Origin: Nymphaea colorata
Taxonomy: Eukaryota
Reading direction: 5' to 3'
NCBI RefSeq assembly: GCF_008831285.2
Contig: NC_045138.2
Location: 1,674,001-1,738,000 of the forward strand
Length of the DNA stretch: 64,000 bases
Below, in pieces: positions 13,917 through 26,464 of this stretch. Below the pieces are notes generated by a model that was not told the DNA's origin, made no database searches, and saw only the letters and a list, made by a program, of their open reading frames with translations. The first letter of the stretch is position 1; each line of letters begins with the position of its first letter. The position numbers and the translations under genes are program-made.

Positions 13917-14733
13917 ATGGAGAACATAAGGGCTCAGAGTCAGGGTGGCATTCAAGCATTGCTGGCAGCTGAACAGGAGGCCCAACAGATTGTTTCCAGT
14001 GCAAGAAATGGTCAGTATTAGAATTCAATTTCTTGTGATCTTCTCTAAATACTTTAACACACATTCACATAGGTTCCATTTATTTATGGAAAATATCATC
14101 ACTTTTTGTGCAATAATTTACAAATTCCAACACAATGTTTTTCAGAAAATCCCTTAACCTATGATAGAGAGACAACATTTTTTTTATAAAATATAAGAAT
14201 ATATATTAGAATGGTCAGTATCAATGAGCTTTATATTCTTTTGTCATATTCTTTTATTAGATTTTATTATATCAATGGTCAGTAACTGTTGCTAAAGTAT
14301 CAATAAAAAATATCATCATTTTTTATTAGATTTTAGAATGGTCAGTATCAACGAGCTTTATATATCAAACTTTTGCTGACCAGTAAGTGAAATATTGAGT
14401 CCTTGGGTGCAGACAAGAGTTCAACATATATTGAATCCGAGTACAAAATCAATATTTTAGGATTTTGAGACCAATATTTATTTCCATTTAATATTGATAA
14501 GAATCTTAACATCATCGTATAGTAGCACTACCCAGTAAGAACTCATTATCTTCTTATTAGGATGTTTATCTTATAAATGTTTCGTATATTCAGTGATATT
14601 TTGGAGATTTTTCTGGGGCAATGAAGTTTTATAAAAAAGTTGATTATGGAAGTGAGAATATTCATTACCTTTTTTTTGTCTGCTTCATTTCTCAACGATC
14701 TTGCCAATGAAATTGCAAGCTTAGATGACTTGG

Positions 14734-14774
<41 letters not shown>

Positions 14775-15472
14775 CAGCAAAGATGGCGAGGCTGAAGCAA
14801 GCAAAACAAGAAGCAGAGAGAGAGATTGCAGCATTTCGAGCTCAATTAGAGGCTGAGCATCAAAAGAAGGTCTCTCTCTCTCTCTCTACACGCGCACACA
14901 CACACACACACACACACCAAATGAAGAACTATAATTACATTAATAGATAGGTATCTCAATTATGGTGATTTGTATAATTTTCAATATGAAAGATTAGTCC
15001 CTGACGTTTTAACAAATTTCTAAAATGATCATTAACACCAGATTTAGGCTTTAATAAAAAAGATATTGGGCTAACAATATTATATCAGCTACTCTAACTA
15101 GCCCTGATATTGCACATATGAAAAATATGAATTCTTATGTTGACCCTAAATTTTGACACATGAAGTGGAGAGGTCCAAAGTAAGCTGATGTTGAAATATT
15201 TAAAAAAATGCAAGAATTGATAGAGCCAATATGAAAAATTTGAATTTTTGAGATTTTCTGTTATTTTTTCTTATACTTCTCCTGGCATGATTATGATTCC
15301 ACAAACGGGCTTATCTTTGTGATAACAGAACGCAGGAGATGCCAGCTTCGCTGTCAATTGGTTAGAACAGGAAACGGAGGCCAAGATCCAGAATTTGAAG
15401 AATGCATCTGCAGCAGTCTCTCAGGATATTGTCTCCATGATCATGAAGCATGTAAAGACTGTCAAAGTTTGA
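13917..15472 (+). CDS. VHA-G: V-type proton ATPase subunit G (3 exons, 109 aa; exon-2 donor atypical, may be non-functional)
   Basis: Not in the ORF track. Exons 13917-14010, 14778-14869, 15329-15472 give MENIRAQSQGGIQALLAAEQEAQQIVSSARN/AKMARLKQAKQEAEREIAAFRAQLEAEHQKK/NAGDASFAVNWLEQETEAKIQNLKNASAAVSQDIVSMIMKHVKTVKV*, carrying the GGIQxLLAAExEA and RLKQAKxEAE signatures. Confidence 0.9.
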
Positions 15473-15950
15473 GTTTATTCCCACAGTCTCTTTCTTACGG
15501 ATCTTTTCATTTACTTACCACTGATTCAAGAACATTAGCAAAGTGTTCATTTGGTTGTTTTAATGTTGATAAAGAATCAAAGGGAGGTTTAGATCTTTGC
15601 AAAAGCATGTGAGTAAATGAAGATCAAAAGCTTATTACTGCAATCTCTAACATAATGGCCGAGTCAGAAATTTTTAGCTGAAAACTGCGGCTCAATTTTC
15701 AAACTTTCAAAATAATAACATGGCCGAGAGACAACAAGAAATAATGGACCGATTATGTGAGTCCGTGTGGGCAAGTGCCCACTTCAAGAATGATACTTGG
15801 ATGGCCTGACTGCACTTCTGTGAAAAAAATGAGCCATTTTTTGGAATCTTAAGCATCAAAGTGCGATCTCTCTGTTTTTTTTATATAGCAACGGATTTGA
15901 TTAAAGAGAAGATTTTTCTCCAAAGGTATGCTTTTTCGTGATATGAAAGT

Positions 15951-16531
15951 AAGAGAATTGAAAACATTAGAGAATTCTGAAATCATAATTCCACCGACTA
16001 GGGTAGATCACAATTCCAGAACTTTGACTATGAAATGAGCATATAATTTGAGAACCAAAATCCTTTGTTTGATAACCAAATTCTTATTTGAGAAAACTAG
16101 AACAATGATCTAAAATTCCGTTGGTTCCAAGTGAATCAAACACCCTTAATAATGGGCAATGAAAGCTGGCACTTAAACTTGGCAGTTTTGAAATAAAGAG
16201 ATGCTCAAGAAAACTGTTTCTTGAAAACATCAATTTCTTAAAGAAAAAAATCCTCTGGAATTTTCATTTTGAAAAACCAATCGGATATGGCTCCTAGTCA
16301 TACACCAACATAATATCAGTGAGCAAACTACTGAGTTGCCGATACCTATATCGACAGTGACAACAATGATTTTAATTTAATTTGTGTAGAATTCTGAGGT
16401 TTGTAGCACACAAACTAAAAGTGAGTCTCGTTTCCGATTAGAGTTAAATAATGGGCGGAAACGATAATTTCACTAACCCAACGGAAACCTGAGAGAGGCC
16501 CAGGAGCCGTTACTCTACTTCCCATTTGTCC
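15951..16531 (+). repeat. Tandem duplication block B, copy 1 (paired with 19175-19750)
   Basis: Collinear match from AAGAGAATTGAAAACATT to CCCATTTGTCC, including GAGCAAACTACTGAGTTGCCGATACCTATATCGA. Confidence 0.92.
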
Positions 16532-16542
16532 AGAAAATCTCA

Positions 16543-17138
16543 TTAATGGTTTTAATTCATTAATTTTATTAGTTTGAATTCATGGTTTATCCAACACATC
16601 ATTTTCAAATCAAAATTCTGAACTATCAAACACAAAGAGGAGCTACAAATGAATTTCTTATTTCAATTCCATTAGAAGGAGAAATATTGTTTTTAGAAAT
16701 TTAGTTATAAAATCAAAATTCAAGTTCATGGAACGCCCCATAAAACATTCTACAAGCGATGCTTTGATTTTCTTTGCAACTGATACATATAAAAATATAA
16801 ATTTTGAAAAAGATGTGTTGCTTTTTTTTTCTACTTTTTGGGGAAAAATCAATTGCATTCATATAAAAAAAAAAGTTGTAGTTCTAAAAGGTTTTTAATT
16901 TTGAACATGCATTTTAAGATTTAGACTTTTCAGATAATACACATTTTTCATTTCAAAAGATCGAAATGGTTTATCCCTAAAGTTATATTTTCATATTCTC
17001 GATTTTATATTAGTGAACAAGTTAATGGAAAGTTAGACATTATTTATGATATGATTTTACGTTAATATTAAAATAAACACTGATCTGTAAGAATTTATGA
17101 CATTAATTATAAATATATATTTATGGGCCCAACCTGCC

Positions 17139-17194
<56 letters not shown>

Positions 17195-18817
17195 AACAAG
17201 AATCTATTATAGTTTTATATATATATTATTATAAATACTATATGCAAATTGAATATTTATTTTTATATTTTTAAATTATAATTTGGCTGAGCTGTGGATA
17301 CAGTGGGTCCGCTGAGTACCCGCTGAATGTAAAATTGGAAAATGGTTTCACCTTCCAGACACATACTAGCCGATAATAAAAATATTAATTATCAAAAAAT
17401 TACAAAATTGTTTAGTATTAAGAAAATAATAAATCATAATAAAATTTTAAAAGTTTATAAATATTCTTTCAATTTTTGATAGAAAATTTCAAAGATTGAT
17501 AGAAAATATTATTTTTTGATATAAAATAACAAAAAAAAATAATTTTAAATACAAGAAATAGTTTGGTCATCTTATATTGAACGCTTTGATCTCGGATGGC
17601 TTGGAAGAGACTTCAATTATTAAGTGTCAAAATCTAAAAGTTGAACCACAATTTATTATTTATTCAAATATTAGGCGCGAAGCAGTTTATAACACATGCG
17701 TGCGGCATGAACGCCCTCTCCCTTCTACCCCTCTCTTTTCTGCCGGTGAGCGCCAGAAAACACGGTTCATCGCAAGCGCCATCCTCGGATCTCGATCACG
17801 GAATCGAGCGATTCTTTGGGGTGCCTTTGAATCACGGAGACCACCTTCAATCACAATTGCTTGACCTTCTTTTTCTTTTTTTCTAGCTTTTCTCCTTTCT
17901 TCATCCCTTCCATCTCTCTGATCGCCCGCTGAAGAAGATCTCGCCTCATCCACTTGCTTTCCTTCAATTCCTCGACTCAAATCTCGCGGTTGGTATTGTT
18001 CTTTTCCATTCCTTTTAATGAATTACTCTAAATCCAATTGATACTTCCTGAAATGTTATCAGAATTTTGGATAACTTTTTTAATGATGGACTCATTATGG
18101 TCTGATTTTGGTTTGGAAGAGGGAAAACCCATAACCACGCCTTTTTCTTTCTTCAAGGGACTCTATCTTCGGCAATTAATGTTTCTGAATTTTTAGATCC
18201 GCTTCTTCAAGAAGGACAAAATCAAAGTAGGCAATGCATTAAGTCTTATCATGTAATGTCATTCATTTTGCCCTTTGTTAGATGGATAGCATGAGGAAAA
18301 AAGTGTAAGATTTTCCTAATCGTTGAACGGGAAAATCCAGTCATGACCTTCACGTCAGCAAATTCACCTCTTCTTTTCTTTTTCCCGGCTCGTTTACTAA
18401 AACTTTTCGTCTTCCTTTTCATTTTCCATCTCATGTTTAGTTTTGAATGTTTCCTATTTGCCCAGACTGGGAGATGCATATCATAGCTGACTCAGTTGTA
18501 AATCGGTTAAAAATATAGAAAATTACTTTTTTGAAAAGAAAGCACATAAAAATTAATTAATAATTAAAAATAATTAAAAGCTGATATATGGCACCCTTGA
18601 ATTGTCCATTGTATAAAATTGGTTTGCTATCTATGCGATTCAAATCGTTCCATCAGGCTGATTTTGACAACATTGGTTTATCATTTAGTATTTTCTCTTA
18701 AAAAAAAAATTATCATGATTGTCTACGTTAGATTGGCGAGTCCATTTAAAATTGTAATAATTGATAAAGTTTTATTGCAGATTCAAGAACACTTAACTGT
18801 GTCCACTCGTTTGGATT
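16543..18817 (+). repeat. Tandem duplication block A, copy 2
   Basis: Matches 11897-13912; begins in the middle of the MITE that is complete at 11717-12093. Confidence 0.92.
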
Positions 18818-18957
18818 ATTTGAGAATTCAAGAACACTTGCTTGTTTATAGTCACTAATTTTAGTTTATGTTGCACCCTATGAAAACAAAAAGGTTTGGA
18901 TTTTTTTTTTAGAGTTTGTTTCAAGGGGCAATTTTGAGTTCTCTTATCCATATTCTT

Positions 18958-19370
18958 GGGGGGTATTTGATGTCTTAGAATTTTGATTCTGGAATCAAAT
19001 TTACATAAACAAATTTCCACCTTAACCTGGAATTAAAATAAAAATTTTAGGTTCTATTTTTCCTTTGAGTTTGATGGTATGAAATTTTGATTGTTGAATT
19101 AAAATTTCTTGTTGTATGAAAAAGAAACTAAATTCTGGAATTCATGAATTAAAACATTCATATATTGTGTCCGGAAGAGAGTTGAAAACATTGCAGAATT
19201 TTGAAATCATCATTCCACTGACTAGGGTGGATCACAATTCCATAACTTTGACTATGAAATGAGCATACAATTTGAGAATCAAATTCCTTTGTTTGATAAC
19301 CAAATTCTTACTTAAAAAAACTAAAACAACGATCTAAAATTCCATTGGTTCCAAGTGAATCAAACAACCT
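18958..19370. mobile_element. Tourist-like MITE (complete here, right half only in block B copy 1)
   Basis: GGGTATTTGAT at about 18961 and ATCAAACAACCT-TAA at 19359-19373; copy 1 retains only the ATCAAACACCCT-TAA end near 16146. Confidence 0.45.
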
Positions 19371-19750
19371 TAATATTGGGCAAAGGAAGCTGGCACTTAG
19401 ACTTGGCAGTTTTGAAATGAAGAGATGCACAAGCAAACCATTTTTTGAAAACATCAATTTCTTATTAAAGAAAAATTTCTCTGGAATTTGAAAAACCAAA
19501 CGGATATGGCTCGCAGTCATACACCAACATCATATCAGTGAGCAAACTACTGAGTTGCCGATACCTATATCGATAGTGACAACAATGATTTTAATTGAAT
19601 GTGTAGAATAGTGAGGTTTGTAGCACACAAACTAAAAATGCGAGTCTCGTTTCGCATTAGAGTTAAATAGTGGGCGGAAACGAGAATTTCACTAACCTAA
19701 CGGGAACCTGAGACAGGCCCAGAAGCCGTTACTTTACTTCCCATTTGTCC
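19175..19750 (+). repeat. Tandem duplication block B, copy 2, abutting the PLD promoter region
   Basis: Matches 15951-16531. Confidence 0.92.
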
Positions 19751-20908
19751 CGTAAATCGGGTAAAGTTCGGTTGTCGGGTCCGACACCCGATCTATTTGC
19801 AGTCCACACTCCTCGAAAAGAGCGGCAACTGCAAAGGACGACAGTTTCTTCAAGGACCATCCCCGGCAAAACCGTCGGCATGGAGTCAAGATTGCAGCCA
19901 TCTTTTGGCTCGTCCTCGTCCGGTCAACCTCAGAGGAGAGGCTCCTTGGCTCCCCACTTTTCCTATTATTTCAATTTAGTCTGAAAGGTCCACTCATCTC
20001 GATCTCTCTGACGCGGTTCATTGACCAAAAATTCATGGCTGGCATTGTTTTTTCCGGATCCTTCTTGATCAATTTACTCAAAAACAACCGATGTTTGAGA
20101 ATTTTTCAGCGGGACAATTCTTAGTGCTACATTTGAACAAAGACAATAAATTCATTGGATGTCTAACTGGTCTGGATTTGTTCCTTACAATTCCATTTCG
20201 TTCAGAGGAAAAGAGGAAGCAGGTTAGCTGATTTGGCAACGTTCGTGTTGTCAATTTTGAGGATCAATCTTGCGAATTGATGACATTAGGTATGTGTAGC
20301 GTTGTTCATGCTTTTTTTATTTGTTCATCTTTCAGAACGAGTAAAATTTCTGACTGGTTTCAACTAAGGGGTAGTCCTTTGGTGGCTTCTAATTGTTATT
20401 AATGCGATCCATATAATGATCTCTACCCCGTCGTTGTCAACCTCGAGTAGATTACAATCAATGCGTTGGTTCAAGGTGACAATTGTCTTACAGGTTCTTC
20501 ATTGTTTCCAAAGTATAGGGAAGAATGCTTCTGAATGTTAATTGTTCTTAACTTGCAGGTGCGTTAGGAATAGGATGTTGATTTGGGATCAGAAATGGGG
20601 TCTGAAGATTTCCATAAGTGGTTCATTGAAAAGATTGACACTGGAGCAGGAAGTAATGGGCAGAGGGATTCTTTTTTTACCTGCGTAATCAATCAACTCA
20701 TGTGGATCTTAACGATCAATTTCTTTTGCAGGCTTTCTTCATGAGTTTTAATGGCGCCTGCATTCTTCAGCAAAAGCGTATTCATCAATGGCTTACTTTG
20801 GACTATGACATGTGTATGACCTAGAATGTGTGACTTTTTGTCTATTACCTTGGCGTGAAGACGGTCCTTGCAACCATTTCTCATAGCTTGAGAATTCTAT
20901 CTGCATTG

Positions 20909-23900
20909 ATGGCTGATTTTCTCCATCTACCCAAAACTGGTAGCTCCAACGAGGTTGTGATCTTGCATGGAGATCTTGAGTTATGGATCTTAGAGGCTCA
21001 TTCGTTACCAAATATGGACCTGGCCTCAGAAAGAATGAGGAGGTGTTTCTCCGTCTTTGGTGGCTGTACCTGTACATCAGCAATGCAGAAAGAAGACCAT
21101 AACGGTGGATATAAGAGTATAACGAGTGATCCTTATGTATCTGTTTGCGTGGCAGGAGCAACTGTTGCCCAAACTAGAGTCATCAGTAATTGCGAGAATC
21201 CTAAGTGGGATGAGCATTTCCAGGTCCCTGTAGCTCACCCTGTATCAAGCATAGAGTTCCAAGTAAAAGATAATGATATTCTTGGTGCGGAGCTTATTGG
21301 GGTGGTTATAGTACCTGTTCAGAAGGTTATGACTGGGGATAGAATCTCTGGATGGTTTCCAGTGGTTGGCCCGAATGGCAACCTTATGAAGTCAGGTCCC
21401 GAGTTACATATTTCTGTGCAGTTTACTCCAGTAAATAGCACTCCTGCCAATAAAGATGGAGAAGGTTCTCTTACAGAGCATTGGACTGTCAATGCATATT
21501 TCCCACTGCGTAACTGTGGGAAGGTCACCCTTTATCAGGATGCTCATGTTCCTGATGGTTTTCTTCCTGAAATCCCATTAGATGGGGGCAAAGTATTTCA
21601 GAACAATAAATGTTGGGAAGACATATGCCATGCTATATTGGAGGCACATCACTTGGTCTACATTGTCGGTTGGTCTGTGTTTCACAAAGTAAAGCTTGTG
21701 AGGGAGCCGACGAAGCCTTTGCCTAATGGAGGTGAACTACACTTGGGTGATTTGCTGAAGTTCAAGTCTCAGGAGGGTGTCCGTGTTGCAATGCTGATAT
21801 GGGATGATAAAACCTCACATGATAACTTTCTCTTGAAAACGGTACCAAGTTGTTTATCCTCTTGCCTGTGGCTCTCTTTCTTCTGTTCTTGCTGCTACTT
21901 TTCAACACTGACACAGCCCAATATCACCAAGCTGATTGCTGCAATATGTAGAATTTTATGTAGAATTTAGAAAGGTTCCGTTTCTGTGATTAATTTCACA
22001 GAAATAGAGCTGTTGGTCATTTTTCATTTCTGGTCAGAGGCAAGCTCCTCCTCCTCCATGAAACAGCTGAGCAAATAGTTATAATTGCTACAAGAAAGTG
22101 AAATTGAACTTCTTTGTTGTGAAGAAAAGATATGATAGAAGGCTGATTCCAAATACCTTTTTGTCCCTAATTATATGAATTCAGTATGAGACCACAATCC
22201 TAATTTTTTTGGGCGTGAAAAAGACACTCTTTTCATGCATCCTGTATGAAGAAATAGTTTGATAAGTAGATAAATTGGACTGGAGATCCATGGATGGTGG
22301 TGCATCCTAGAATATCAAAGTACCTGGATTTTGTGAAACAGTCACCCTCTATAACAACTATCTTTTCTATTTCTTTGACCATATATTGATGCACTTACCA
22401 TATTTTGATGTTTTCTACTATTTGACCTTAAGTTCACTACTTGTTGAATCTGCCTTATTGTCTCTGGATTTACCAAAAAATATTCCTTATATGTGCTGCA
22501 TAGTGCACAGCAAATGTTGATCCTCACTAATTTAATATTTATATACAAAGACTTGCTGTTTTGCAAAATATTCGAGATAATCCTTGATCTAGCATATGTG
22601 TGCACCCCATTTAAGTATGGTTTGTAGTCATCAGTTTTTGTAGGATCCAAGTTCTATAAGTTGTAACTAGCGTGATGACTGCTTGTCGAAATGGTTTTAC
22701 ATTGTTGCAGGAAGGTGTTATGCAAACACATGATGAGGAAACCCGAAAGTTTTTTAGGCACTCAACTGTTCATTGCGTGCTGTGCCCTCGCTATGCCAGT
22801 CAAAAGCTCAGCATTTTCAAGCAAAAGGTATTGCTATTAGGCTGCTGAGATCAGTTTTTTTTGGCACAACAGGTAGTTCAGAAGACTATCATGCATGGAT
22901 GAACAAAACATCTTTCCTTATGGAATTTTAGTTGACTTTCAGCTTCATATCTAGAAGACCTTCCCAAAACATGATTCTAACAGATTATGAAGCTGAGTAT
23001 TGCGAAAAGACATTTTATGGTGCAAATGTAAAATGGTCTCTCTTATGACAAGACCTTATTCTATTTAAGTTGAAATACTTAACTGAGAATAGAATATTAG
23101 TTTAAAGAAAATATTTTTCTTCTCACTATCATCATATAGTGTATTTTTATTTATACATTTATTCTTGATGGAAGCTTGTCTATTCCCACAGTGATGGAGG
23201 CTTTGCCAATTTGTTCCAACCCCACATTTTAAAGAGTCAACTAGACTGAGGTGACACAACAATCATCTCAAGGCAGCTAATTGAAGCAATTGCATGAAAA
23301 ATATGCATCTATCTTATTTATTTCAAAACACCCACATAATTTAATGTTGGCCTGCAGTTATTAATTGTCTACGCATAAGTCCCTAAAACAATATTTTAGA
23401 GCATTTACAAATTTTAGGTGTCAAATCCTGGTGCTTGAAGGGCATAAGCCCTGCCAGAATTGTTGTTGAGAAAAAAAAAAAAAACTAAAGAGATAATATT
23501 TTAGGCACCCTTTTGTAACTATTGGTATTGTTCTTGAAAAAAAATGTTATAGTGTAACACTCAAAAAATTTAGTCTCGTATTAAAGATTGTAAAGGATCT
23601 TCAAGGGCTTGTAAATGGGGTTATCAAATAGAAGGTTGTTCGGGTTCTTAAGTTTTTTTGGGTTGAAGCCAAAACTGCTAGGGGGGCAAGTTGGGATCCG
23701 TCCAACCAAGGTTCCGAGCCTAATAGTGGATCGGGTTGTTACATACAGTCTTTCATTTGAAAGGAAATATATGGGAGAACATTCTCCAACACATTATAAT
23801 TTGACTGAAGGCGTTATCAGAAAAATCAGAAATATGAGGCCTACAGTATGGATTAGAGCCAATTGATAGGCCTTTAAACATAAATTTACCTATTTGTTCT

Positions 23901-26392
23901 AATAATGTTCAGATTATGGCTATATCATGCCTCAGCTTAGGGATGAAAGATCCAAATACTAACTGGACTTGGACTTGGTATGCAGTTTGGGTGATTGAAT
24001 CTGAAATCTAGTCCAGGTTCCGACAAGGATTATGCTTGTTGGATTCAAATTCAATTTCCGAAATTCAGATTCAAGTCCAAATCTGATTATTAGGGAAGCT
24101 TGGATTAGTCAGGTCTGCTAGGCGATGGATCTGAGTTGGTACCGAACTTGCCTTACCTCTGCTGTCACTAATTGATTGGCCGTCTATAATATCTAGTTGA
24201 CCAACTAGGCCTTATATATAATTTGCATGCATGCCGTGGGATGTGACGTGTCTTGCTGATCTCACCCTTGTAAGGGGACTAGTTCTTGTTATATTTAAAT
24301 AATTTTTTAGACCATGTTCACTTATGTTACATGCATGCAAAATTGTTTATGAATCACGTAGTTGACATGACTTTTTTTTTTTTTCTTGTTGGTGAATCAA
24401 TGATAGAATCATAGCTCGTTAATCATTAATTTTGATATTTTTATAGATAATTACATGTATAAAAGAATGCAATGCATCGGGCAGGCATGATTAATGCACC
24501 GGGCAGTGTGTTTTCCGTCCATTGGATGGAGAAATCTTGTAAGTGAATGCTTCTTTATTTTTCAAAAATAAAATTGAAGAAGAAGGTCGGGCATCGGGGC
24601 ATCCTCGACGCCTAATGACCGCCATGCGAGGGGAGGCCGCCGCTGGTGACCCAGAACATCCAGCGGCGCCCTGCCAGGAATTTCCGGCACCGCAGAGTGG
24701 AGGCGACGGCGATGGCCTCCCCCTGTGCAATATGGGCAAACTTTTTAGGAGGGAGGCAATCGCCACCCCCCAATGCCATTGGGGATGGCCAGGAGAGCAT
24801 CGCCGGTGGCCTAGGACCTTGGGTGATGCCTCACCGGCCGTTCCGGCAGCATCAGGGCCGGTGACTGCCTCCTCCTCCTGAAAAAGTGGGTGAAAGAGGT
24901 TCCCCAACTTTTTTTAAGGTCAGGGAGGCCGTTACCTCCCCTCGTCGATGTTGGCGATGGCCTCCCCAACGGCAAGATTTTTTAATTTTTTAAAAACGTC
25001 GTACCCGTTACAGGAGAGTTTATAACTTTATATATGTATACCTATATAGGGGAGTCCAATGCTGTAGTTAGTGTGCTGGATGGTTACAATTTTAAAAATC
25101 ATAACTAATAAATCGTCACGAATTTGGCATTAGCCACGGTTTATGATGCGGCGGTAGTTTATGATGGTTTTAACGATGATTTGTAGTATTAGCTATGGAT
25201 TTTTAAATTTTACCATTTGGAAACTATCCAGCATTGGCACCATTGACCTTTCCATATATCTAATTATCTATATATGTGTCTATAGAGAGAGAGAGACAGA
25301 GAGAGAGAGAGAGAAGGTGGATTTTTCTCCGGCCAGGGTTTGGTGGAGGAATCTGATGCATTCACAACATGCCTTGATGCATTGCATTCGGGCACATGCA
25401 CATGATCTCAGCTCCAGCATTTGAATAAACCTTTGGTTAATTTATATAAATTCCTAGAAGAACCATACTTTTCTATGAGCGGGCTAGAGTGTGAACCACG
25501 TGCATCACCAGAGAGTGCTGTTCATTCAGCTAATCTAACTGAATTAGGCACAAAATTGAAGTCTCCCACTTTTTGTCAAGAGAGAAGTGTGGATGCAGCT
25601 CGTAATCGCTCAGTCAATTCTTCAAAAAAGATATTTTCAATGTCCTATCCTTCCGTTAAACACTCTGCTTGCCATTCAATTGACGCAACAAGTCCTTTGA
25701 AGAAGTCCTCAGCCAATATCAGTTGTCAAATAAACCCTCACTAGCTGAAGTTTTCTCTTAGTCTGCTGAAGGCAGCCAATGATCCAGGCTTCTCTGAGCA
25801 TGCCCTCAATCTGAGGTCACTGTCTTTGCTCTTTAACTCGTACTGCAATTGGGTCTTTGGGAACTTGGAAACTCTATATCTGGTTACTAATACCTTCATG
25901 TTGTTTGATGTTTTTTTAGAAGTATGTGACGATGGTAATGAATTTACTTCTCACTTGTGATTTCTGTTTTTCATAGTGATTTGGTAAATTAGAAATGCAT
26001 GTGATCTGAGAAGTGGATAAAGAGAATTTCATGTGCATGGCAGATGTGCCAAAAGTTAGGTAGTTCATGCCCGTGCTTGCTTGTCACCGACTGCCTTGCT
26101 TCTGTGGTTTATTTAATGGAAGCACTTACTCTCTCTTCAGGTTGTGGGGACTCTTTTCACACACCATCAGAAATGTGTGATAGTCGATAGCCAGGCTTCT
26201 GGAGGCAAAAGGAAAATAACTGCCTTTGTAGGTGGTCTCGATCTTTGTGATGGCCGCTATGATACCCCAGAGCACAGGCTGTTCTGCAATCTTGAAGATA
26301 TTTTTGCAGATGACTACCACAATCCTACATTTCCAGTAAGTCTATCTTCTTTGTTTGACCAATCTTTATACCCTATGTATCTTGGCTCTTCA

Positions 26393-26464
<72 letters not shown>

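Noticed and set aside
15319..15612. 97-aa Cys-rich ORF
   Set aside because: Alternative frame over VHA-G exon 3 and its 3' UTR.
24491..24907. Overlapping 60-138 aa ORFs on both strands
   Set aside because: By-product of a GC-rich repeat fragment; low-complexity translations with no motif.
25421..25744. 107-aa plus-strand ORF in PLD intron 2 as an extra exon or gene
   Set aside because: Ser-rich and exactly complementary to the minus-strand relic frame; PLD is complete without it.
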